Origin: Casimicrobiaceae bacterium
GTDB taxonomy: Bacteria; Pseudomonadota; Gammaproteobacteria; Burkholderiales; Casimicrobiaceae
Length of the DNA: 32,000 nt
NCBI GenBank assembly: GCA_026646885.1
Contig: JAPKHK010000010.1
Coordinates: 6,703-38,702 of the forward strand
Reading direction: 5' to 3'
The position numbers and the translations under genes are program-made. Below, in pieces: positions 18,045-24,305 of the stretch (position 1 is the stretch's first letter; each line of letters opens with the position of its first letter). Below the pieces are notes generated by a model. It searched no databases, was not told the origin of the DNA, and worked only from the letters and a program-made list of their open reading frames with translations.

Positions 18045-18060
18045 TGCAAGGGGCATACCA
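18045..18060 (-). promoter_or_regulatory. Sigma54 (-24/-12) promoter of the pps/ppc operon
   Basis: The minus strand reads TGGTATGCCCCTTGCA. That is GG-N10-GC with the exact consensus spacing (consensus TGGCAC-N5-TTGCA). It lies ~90 nt upstream of the ppsA ATG, and a sigma54 activator gene is divergent. Confidence 0.65.
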
Positions 18061-18079
18061 TCTGCACCGCAACACAACG

Positions 18080-18120
18080 CCGCCAACCCGGCTGCATCCC
18101 TTGACCAGGCGGGTTGGCGG
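18080..18120. promoter_or_regulatory. Perfect 11-bp inverted repeat (CCGCCAACCCG-N19-CGGGTTGGCGG) just upstream of the -24 element. Candidate protein-binding site.
   Basis: Read directly: 18080-18090 is the reverse complement of 18110-18120. Function not established. Confidence 0.35.
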
Positions 18121-18351
18121 TGATAAATCACGCAGTTGCCGCGGCGCTTTTGCGCTGCAATGCAGCAAACAAAAATCGCTACTTCGAGGCCAAGACGCTT
18201 GATGATTTGATAAAAACCACCCCGCGTTTGGGGTAGGATTTCACCATTTGCTAAACTTCAGCCGCCCATGAGGGCGAGAACCAGGCTCCCGCCCGTCTTG
18301 GCCCGAATCGACTCTTGATTATTTGGTAAAACTCTCGCCCTGGGAAAAACC

Positions 18352-20064
18352 ATGCGCAAGTTGATCACCAACCCACCCTTCGCCGACGACCTGCGCGCCC
18401 AGGTGCACTTCGACGCCGCCACCGGCCAAATCTGGCTGCATGAAAACCGCATGTTGCTGGTGCACGCCGAAGCCCAGGCGCTCTTACGCAAAGAATTGAT
18501 CGACACCCTGGGCATGGAACGCGCCCGCGGTCTCTTGACGCGCATGGGCTACGCCTCGGGCGCGCGCGACGCAGAACTGGCCCGTAAACAAGCGCAAAGC
18601 GCCGACGACATGGAAGCGTTCATGACTGGCCCCAAGCTTCACACCCTCGAAGGCATTGTGCAAGTAACCCCCATACGCTTGGAGATGGACCGCCCGCGCG
18701 GCCAGTTTTATGGCGAGTTCCTTTGGGAGCATTCCTGGGAAGGCATGTGGCACCGGCATTACTTCGGCATACACCACGAACCCGTGTGCTGGACGCAAAT
18801 CGGCTATGCCTCGGGCTACACCTCCACGTTCATGGGCCGGCGCATACTCTACAAAGAAGTGGAGTGCACCGGGGCGGGTGCAGCCAATTGCCGCATCGTC
18901 GGCAAGCCCGCCGAAGAATGGGAAGACGCCGCCGAGCAATTGAAGTACTACAACCCCGAGTCGATTGCCGATCAGCTCATGGAGTTGCAAACCCAGGTGA
19001 CGCAATTGCGCTCATCCATCGGCGAAAAGCTCACCCTGCCGCAGCACATGATCGGCGTGTCGCCCGGTTTTCGCGCCGCCTACGGGCTCTTGAAGCAAGC
19101 CGCCGACAGCCAGATTCCGGTGCTGCTGTTGGGCGAAACCGGGGTAGGCAAAGAAGTGTTCGCGCGCAATTTGCACGAAATGAGCCCGCGTAAAGATGGC
19201 GCTTTCGTCGCCATCAACTGCGCGGCCATGCCGCAGGAGTTGGTGGAAAGCGAACTCTTCGGCGTGGAAAAAGGCGCTTACACCGGCGCGCAAGCGGCGC
19301 GGCCTGGGCGCTTCGAGCGCGCCGAGGGCGGCACCTTGTTTTTGGATGAAGTGGGCGACTTGCCGCTTTCCGCGCAAGCGAAACTTTTGCGTGTGTTGCA
19401 AGAGCGCGAAATCGAACGCCTGGGCGATGCGCGGCCGCGCAAGGTGGATGTGCGCGTGGTCGCCGCCACCAATGCGGATTTGTCGAAAGCGGTGAAAGAA
19501 GGCCGCTTTCGGCTGGACCTCTATTACCGCCTCAACGCTTTTCAAATTCTCATTCCGCCGCTGCGAGAGCGCAAGGAAGACATCTCGCCTTTGTCGAAAG
19601 CCTTCCTCGAGAAATACGCCGCCATCCACGCCAAGAAATTGCGCGGCTTCACCGACAAAGCCAAGCGCGCGCTTCTTTCCTACAACTGGCCAGGCAATGT
19701 GCGCGAGTTGCAGAACATGATCGAGCGCGGCGTCATTCTCGCGCCGCATGGCGGACGCATCGAAATGGAACACCTCTTCTCCGCCCTGGGCGACGCCCGC
19801 CCCGCCGAGTTCGCCATCAACCGCGACGGTGAACTCGCCCCCAGCGCGCCGGAAAGCTGCAAGGAATTGTGCGAAGCGGTGTTGAACAGCACCCTCAACC
19901 TCGACCAAGTCGAAGCCCTGCTGCTGCAAAGCGCGGTGGAAAAAGCGCGCGGCAATCTTTCTTCCGCGGCGCGGATGTTGGGCATCACCCGGCCGCAGTT
20001 GGCGTATCGCTTGAAGCGCATGCAGGAGGCGGTGCGGGCGGTGGGGATGGTTGGGGAGGCGTAG
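18352..20064 (+). CDS. Sigma54-dependent transcriptional activator, XylR/DmpR (NtrC) family, with an aromatic-effector-sensing N-terminal domain
   Basis: 570 aa. XylR_N/V4R-like N-terminus, AAA+ Walker A GETGVGKE, ESELFGVEKGAYTGA (GAFTGA motif), Walker B LFLDEVGDL, C-terminal Fis-type HTH AARMLGITRPQLAYRLKRM. Divergent from ppsA, as described for the Thauera phenol cluster. Confidence 0.9.
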   Translation: MRKLITNPPFADDLRAQVHFDAATGQIWLHENRMLLVHAEAQALLRKELIDTLGMERARGLLTRMGYASGARDAELARKQAQSADDMEAFMTGPKLHTLEGIVQVTPIRLEMDRPRGQFYGEFLWEHSWEGMWHRHYFGIHHEPVCWTQIGYASGYTSTFMGRRILYKEVECTGAGAANCRIVGKPAEEWEDAAEQLKYYNPESIADQLMELQTQVTQLRSSIGEKLTLPQHMIGVSPGFRAAYGLLKQAADSQIPVLLLGETGVGKEVFARNLHEMSPRKDGAFVAINCAAMPQELVESELFGVEKGAYTGAQAARPGRFERAEGGTLFLDEVGDLPLSAQAKLLRVLQEREIERLGDARPRKVDVRVVAATNADLSKAVKEGRFRLDLYYRLNAFQILIPPLRERKEDISPLSKAFLEKYAAIHAKKLRGFTDKAKRALLSYNWPGNVRELQNMIERGVILAPHGGRIEMEHLFSALGDARPAEFAINRDGELAPSAPESCKELCEAVLNSTLNLDQVEALLLQSAVEKARGNLSSAARMLGITRPQLAYRLKRMQEAVRAVGMVGEA

Positions 20065-20583
20065 GCGGGAACAAAGCGGGGGCAGTCGCATGGGTGATGG
20101 GTTGCGGGCGGGGTGGCGAGGGCTGAGTTTGGCGTTGGCCTCGGGTTGCGGTCCCTGGAAGGGCGCGGGATCTAGGCCTGCCTGATCGCTTTGCTTATGG
20201 CTTGCTTCGGGGCGGCGGCGTCTCTGCGCGTTTCTTTGGATTTGGCGAGGACTTCTTCTCTACCCTTGAACCGGCAGGCCGGCGCCCGCGCCCAGAAAGC
20301 GCCACGGCGCTACGGCCGCAATTCACGTCCTCGGGCGGGGCCCCGCTCCTCGCGCGTAAGAACCCGCCGCGCACACCCATACGCTAAGCCCACGCGTGTC
20401 GCGACCCTCCAGTCCGACAGCGGCCAAAGCGCCGCGCCACTTTCTGGACGCGGGCGCTGGGAGGGAGCGGTGGAGGTGGTCCAGGAAAACCCGGAGGGCT
20501 AACTCGGGGCTAACAATCTCGCGGTGGGAAGTCGCCGTTGTGCAGTAAAATGCACCGGAGTACTATCGGGAAAATCTAGCGGG

Positions 20584-20862
20584 GTGCGCATAGTGAGGCT
20601 AGTTTCTCTTGTCGTAATGGTGGCTCCTTTTCCCGCGACAGCGCGCGGCCCTAAGAACACTGGGGCGATCGCCCCGGGAACTGGTTCGAAGGCAAGTTCC
20701 GCGCGCGTCAAAGGGCACATCAATAGGAACGGCGTCTACGTGCAACCCCACGTCAGGTCCACGCCCGATGCGAAGTTTCAGAACAATTGGCACACTAAGG
20801 GGAACACCAATTTCTACACCGGCGAGCCGGGCACACGTGTCACAAAGACTGACGCCAAATGA
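20584..20862 (+). CDS. Small secreted hypothetical protein. The start is uncertain.
   Basis: A GTG start gives VRIVRLVSLVVMVAPFPATA, a signal-peptide-like N-terminus. It is followed by VKGHINRNGVYVQPHVRSTPDAKFQNNWHTKGNTNFYTGEPGT. I recall this motif pattern (Y-V-x-P-H-x-R-S-x-P-D...N-W-S/H-T-K-G-N-x-N-P/F-Y-T-G) from other unnamed small bacterial proteins. The RBS is weak. Confidence 0.45.
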   Translation: MRIVRLVSLVVMVAPFPATARGPKNTGAIAPGTGSKASSARVKGHINRNGVYVQPHVRSTPDAKFQNNWHTKGNTNFYTGEPGTRVTKTDAK

Positions 20863-21126
20863 ATGGAGCTCGTCGACTGGGCTGGGAAGGAACAGGTCAG
20901 TCAGGGGGCGATGAGGCCGCAGTCGGGTTGCACAGGTTAAGGGAGGCGGCAAGAGAAGGCGGAAGTCTTGAGCGGGCAAGGAAGACGACGCTGACTCCGA
21001 TCATCGCCTACTGAAACCCGCCGCCCTGTTGATTCTATCGAAACTAGCCGGCCACCCGCCCCTACGATGAGGTTCTTTTTCGTCCAACCCGATTGCGTAT
21101 CTTCTATTTGGCGTTATTGGCTCTAG

Positions 21127-22053
21127 ATGTCAAGTGTCGAAACAGACCTCTGTGAGATCTGCCGGAAAGAGCAGGCCGAGTCCCGTCCGTCCTATTCAGA
21201 AGGCGTCCACCAGATTTGCCCGCGGTGTGGCGAGTTCAAGCTTCCGTTGGTCGCAGTGTCTGTTCTCAGAGGCGGTGTTGGCCCAGCCAAGCGGGCGCTG
21301 TTGTCTGGCTGGGTACGCGAACAGAACAACTCTGGAGCGACTCCTATAATCACCAAAGAGGCTCTGGCCAGCATATTCCAACGGCCATTGCCGACTGTTG
21401 CCCAGCGGGCGTTCTCGGTGCTGAAGGAGGCAGAAAAGGGCCTTGATGCGTTGGGGCAACCGTTCGACATGAATGAACCACGCTTTCTGGCTGCGAGCTA
21501 TTCGGCGGAGGCAAACGACGTCATCTATCTGGTGCGAACGCTCAAAGATCAAGGACTGGTGGATATTCGAACTCTTGACGGGACCTGCGAAATCCTCCCC
21601 AGGGGCTACATCAAGCTTGACGAATTGCGAGGGCTTCAATCTGGCTCTTCCCAAGGGTTCATTGCGATGTGGTTCGACACTGCGTTGAATGACGCCTATG
21701 AGAGAGGCTTTCAGACGGGTGTGTTGCGAGCTGGATATGACCCGCTCCGAATGGATCGAGTTGAGCACGTAAATCGAATTGACGATGAGATCATTCGTCA
21801 GATCAACGCTTCGCGCTTCGTCGTTGCGGACTTCACGGGCCATAGAGGCGGTGTCTACTTCGAAGCGGGCTACGCCCTTGGGAAAGGAATTCCCGTATTT
21901 TGGACCTGTAGCAGTTCACACATGAACGATCTACATTTCGACATTCGGCAGTTCAATTGCATTGATTGGGACGAGCCCGAGAGTCTTGCTGAGCGGCTTG
22001 CTACCAGAATTGAGGCGGTTCTGGGAGCCGGGCCGAATAGGCCAGCAGGGTAA
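21127..22053 (+). CDS. Zn-ribbon / winged-helix / nucleoside 2-deoxyribosyltransferase-like (TIR/DrHyd-related Rossmannoid) fusion protein
   Basis: 308 aa.
- Residues 9-34: C9xxC12...C31xxC34 zinc ribbon.
- Residues ~125-168: wHTH-like (VIYLVRTLKDQGLVDIR...ILPRGYIKLDEL).
- Residues ~176-300: FIAMWFD...IDDEIIRQINASRFVVADFTGHRGGVYFEAGYALGKGIPVFW. This matches the NDT-like pattern (FvAMpF ... viaDlT...nVyyElGyA.alGkPv), and the Glu (E246) sits at the catalytic position.

Codons are richer in A/T endings than in the flanking core genes. There is no SD sequence. Confidence 0.7.
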   Translation: MSSVETDLCEICRKEQAESRPSYSEGVHQICPRCGEFKLPLVAVSVLRGGVGPAKRALLSGWVREQNNSGATPIITKEALASIFQRPLPTVAQRAFSVLKEAEKGLDALGQPFDMNEPRFLAASYSAEANDVIYLVRTLKDQGLVDIRTLDGTCEILPRGYIKLDELRGLQSGSSQGFIAMWFDTALNDAYERGFQTGVLRAGYDPLRMDRVEHVNRIDDEIIRQINASRFVVADFTGHRGGVYFEAGYALGKGIPVFWTCSSSHMNDLHFDIRQFNCIDWDEPESLAERLATRIEAVLGAGPNRPAG

Positions 22054-22061
22054 AATAGCGC

Positions 22062-22251
22062 GGAGAAACGGGGAGAAACGGGGTCGGGAGCTGAGGTTTC
22101 CCCAGGAAACGGGCCCCAGGAAACGGGCCCCAGGAAACGGGCCCCAGGAAACGGGGTCGCCAGGAAACGGGGTCGGGAGTCCTAATCACCGGGTCGGCAA
22201 CGGGGTCGGGAGTCCTAAGGGTCGGAAACGGGGTCGGGAGTCCTAATCACC
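22062..22251. repeat. Compound non-coding tandem repeat array built on a GAAACGGG(G) core
   Basis: - GGAGAAACGG x2 (22062-22081).
- CCCCAGGAAACGGG x4, perfect and head-to-tail (22100-22155).
- A 28-nt unit GGGTCGG(C/A)AACGGGGTCGGGAGTCCTAA x2 (22191-22246).
- A 20-nt partial copy at 22166-22185, and a 14-nt degenerate copy at 22077-22090.

The unit lengths are not multiples of 3. Confidence 0.85.
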
Positions 22252-22492
22252 ACCTCCGCGCATACTTGCTCCCGACAACGGAATTGATATACGAATTCAA
22301 CCCACTTCCCCGCGTGGCCAGTTGCTTCATCTTTTCGACCGTGGCTCTACCTGGTCGATTATGATCGTAAAGGTAGTGACGGTAGACCCCGCTCTTGAAG
22401 ACCACTTGAATCGAGTCGTCGGTGAATTCATATTGCGCCACGTTGGATCGTCCGTTCGCGTTGCGATAGGGTTTCATTTCTGGTTGCTCCAT
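22247..22492 (-). CDS. KTSC domain-containing small protein
   Basis: 81 aa. The pattern Y..........IQVVFKSG.VYRHYLY......TVEKMKQLA..GSGLNSYIN fits the KTSC domain as I recall it (L.V.F..G..Y.Y..V....f..l..A.S.G.yfn..I). Starts 3 nt after the ORF6N stop. Confidence 0.7.
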   Translation of the reverse strand: MEQPEMKPYRNANGRSNVAQYEFTDDSIQVVFKSGVYRHYLYDHNRPGRATVEKMKQLATRGSGLNSYINSVVGSKYARRW

Positions 22493-22495
22493 GGC

Positions 22496-23025
22496 TCAGT
22501 CGTCCTGAATGAACCCGATCGTTCGCTTTTTCTCTGCTGGCGGGGTCATCAACTGGCGGATGGCCTCAAAGACGACGCGGAAGTTCTCGTCGTACTTGCG
22601 TTCGAGTGCATTGAGTTTGCTTGCGAGTTCCGCGTGCTCTGCGAGTACTCGGCGCATTTGCACGAAGGCCCGCATGATCTGGATGTTGACCTGCACCGCG
22701 CGCTCGCCGCGCAGAACGCTTGAGAGCATGGCTACGCCTTGTTCGGTGAAAGCCATGGGTGCGCTACGGGCACCGCCCCAACTTGAGATCACATTTTGTG
22801 ACTTCAAGTTTTGCCACTCATCTTCCGACAAAACGAACATGAAATCCGCCGGAAAACGCTCCGGCTTTCGTTTTACAGCCTGGGCGAGGGCGCGGGGTTC
22901 CACGTCGTAAAATGCGGCCAGATCGCCGCCCAGGATCGCGCGCTGCCCCGAAGTGTCAATACTGAACGTTCAATGATTGTAGCGGAAACAAGCAATTCTT
23001 CTTTGCCGGCGACACCGCGACTCAT
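22496..23025 (-). pseudogene. ORF6N (KilA-N-related DNA-binding, antirepressor-like) gene interrupted by a 1-nt frameshift in a G4 run
   Basis: Frame A from ATG 23025 reads [27 protein letters not shown]. Frame B continues [37 protein letters not shown]...[43 protein letters not shown]. Joined, they reproduce the ORF6N consensus (IRGQrVmLD.DLA.LYgVe...L.qaVkRN..RFP.DFMF). The switch occurs at the CCCC run at 22946-22949 (+ strand). The track shows the two halves as 22873-23262 and 22496-22903. Confidence 0.7.
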
Positions 23026-23600
23026 TTTGCATCTCCAGATACCGACGGGCGAAAATCCGCCGCCAGGGTCAGCAGGAATGCTCCTAGGCGGCGGGCCTCT
23101 TCGGAAGTTAAGTCTCGCGGAATAACGACTTGCGCGAGGAAGTCCGGGCGTAGCGGGTAGTTTAGCGGCAGGCCGGTTGTCGGCGGCGGCGCTGATGCGG
23201 CCTGACCCGCAAGGATGAGTGCCTCCGAAGGGGGCGCAGCGGCGGGCCGCCCAACTTCGCATTGCGCTTTCCGCCCATTCTTTCCCGATACCCCACGCGC
23301 ACGCGGCTTGAAGCTGGCGGGGTTCTCCTTCCAGGACACGAAATCCGAGATGGCGCGGGTCACGCGGCGCTTGTATTCAGCCAGGCTATTGGGGGCAAGC
23401 GCGCCTGGGTTGCGGTTGTTGTAGCGGATCACCGCGGTGTTTGCATCGACAGCGCGCACGTCGTCGCCGTCCGCCAAGTCGTCAAGAATCTTCGAGCAGG
23501 CCGCCTTCAACCCCCCTGCCGTATTGGAATTCATGAGCCCTTGGGCGCTCACCGTATCCAGGAATCCCATCAACGCGCCCTTGGAGAAATCTGAAACCAT
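23022..23600 (-). CDS. Hypothetical protein, first gene of the hyp-ORF6N-KTSC operon
   Basis: Start taken at ATG 23600 (MVSDFSKGALMGF), 6 nt after AAGGA, giving 192 aa. Its stop overlaps the ORF6N ATG (ATGA). Central Pro/Ala-rich linker. C-terminal LPLNYPLRPDFLAQVVIPRDLTSEEARRLGAFLLTLA. I recognise no family. Confidence 0.55.
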   Translation of the reverse strand: MVSDFSKGALMGFLDTVSAQGLMNSNTAGGLKAACSKILDDLADGDDVRAVDANTAVIRYNNRNPGALAPNSLAEYKRRVTRAISDFVSWKENPASFKPRARGVSGKNGRKAQCEVGRPAAAPPSEALILAGQAASAPPPTTGLPLNYPLRPDFLAQVVIPRDLTSEEARRLGAFLLTLAADFRPSVSGDAK

Positions 23601-23631
23601 CGCGTATCCTTCGCCGAAACAACACAGCCGC

Positions 23632-23660
23632 ACAGTACGCCAAAACGCATTGAATGTCAA
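23632..23660 (-). promoter_or_regulatory. Sigma70-type promoter for the hyp-ORF6N-KTSC operon, with an overlapping small palindrome
   Basis: The minus strand reads TTGACA-17 nt-TACTGT, about 30 nt upstream of the ATG at 23600. The palindrome ATTGA-ATG-TCAAT (23650-23661) overlaps the -35. Confidence 0.45.
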
Positions 23661-23871
23661 TTGCTTTCGAGAAAACGAGCCATTGAACGTTTTCGCGAGC
23701 CACACCGGAAAGGTTGTGGTAAAACGTGAAACGGGCCAGGCTCGCTTTTTTGCCGACCTCCCGCCAGATCTCAACCGCGAGTGGAAAAGGTGGAAAAGAG
23801 GGGAAAAGGGGCCGTGTTCGATTTTGCATCGAGATCGGCAATTTAGTGCGAGCCTGGAACCTTTAATTATG

Positions 23872-24063
23872 CAGGGCAGAACGCTATACAGTCAGCGCAT
23901 CGGCACCGTGGAGCCGATGTTTGGCAACATTCGGCACAACAAGCGCATGGCGCGCCTCAACCACCGCGGCCGCACCAAGGTCAACACGCGGTGGCACCTG
24001 TACTGCATGGTGCACAACATCGAGAAGCTGGACAAAACTGAGATCGGGCAAAGGGCTGAATGA
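23872..24063 (+). pseudogene. C-terminal remnant of a DDE transposase (IS4/IS5/IS1182-superfamily-like tail)
   Basis: GRTLYSQRIGTVEPMFGNIRHNKRMARLNHRGRTKVNTRWHLYCMVHNIEKL matches the conserved C-terminal block (YkqRk.tVEp.FG.iK.n.g..rf..RG..kV..ew.l.c.ahNl.Kl). Nothing upstream in this frame is transposase-like. Confidence 0.6.
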
Positions 24064-24238
24064 CCATGCCGCGCACCATCCCCTCAAACGGCGATCGGGT
24101 GCAACGAGGTCGAGATTTGAGGCACACTACCGGAACAGACACCTCCCGCCAATTGAATGACCGGCGCACGCGCCAACTCGGACAGCGAGTGGGCCGGAAG
24201 TGTGTTTTTTTCAGCCTCGTTGGGCGTCTCAAATTGCC

Positions 24239-24267
24239 TTGACGATAGTTAGCGTCTTTGCTAACCT
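24239..24267 (+). promoter_or_regulatory. Sigma70-type promoter with an embedded operator-like palindrome, upstream of the HigB-like/HigA-like pair
   Basis: TTGACG (24239-24244), 17 nt, TAACCT (24262-24267). The inverted repeat GTTAGC-N6-GCTAAC (24248-24265) lies inside it. Confidence 0.45.
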
Positions 24268-24305
24268 TTGACATGCCGTAGACCGTTGAATATTTTCACG
24301 AGCGA

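Noticed and set aside
18207-18239. Sigma70 promoter for the regulator gene (TTGATA ... TAGGAT)
   Set aside because: The spacer between the hexamers is 21 nt, too long for a functional -35/-10 pair. I saw no better candidate.
19012-20091. 359-aa ORF on the - strand
   Set aside because: Antisense to the sigma54 activator (Walker A, GAFTGA and HTH are all present on the + strand). Arg/Ala/Gly-rich nonsense.
20440-20500. Resemblance of CTGGACGCGGG...GGTGGAGGTGG to a tmRNA or tRNA-like 3-prime end
   Set aside because: There is no TpsiC-arm GGTTCGAATCC-type sequence, no acceptor CCA context and no tag-peptide reading frame. The similarity is limited to a few GC-rich bases.
21093-21120. Sigma70 promoter for the NDT-like gene (TTGCGT-16-TATTGG)
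   Set aside because: The -10 hexamer ends in G instead of the highly conserved T. It is noted only as weak support for a possible leaderless transcript.
21962-22246. 94-aa ORF translating through the tandem repeats (…PQETGPRKRAPGNGPQETGSPGNGVGSP…)
   Set aside because: Its start overlaps the end of the NDT-like gene. The repeat units are 14 and 28 nt, not multiples of 3, so the peptide periodicity is an artefact. No start context.
22062-22251. Possible CRISPR array
   Set aside because: The repeats are directly head-to-tail with no unique spacers. The units are only 10-28 nt, and there are no cas genes in the window.
23437-23868. N-terminal two-thirds of track ORF 23437-24063
   Set aside because: It is antisense to the 192-aa gene and crosses the promoter region. 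Only the last ~64 codons resemble a transposase.
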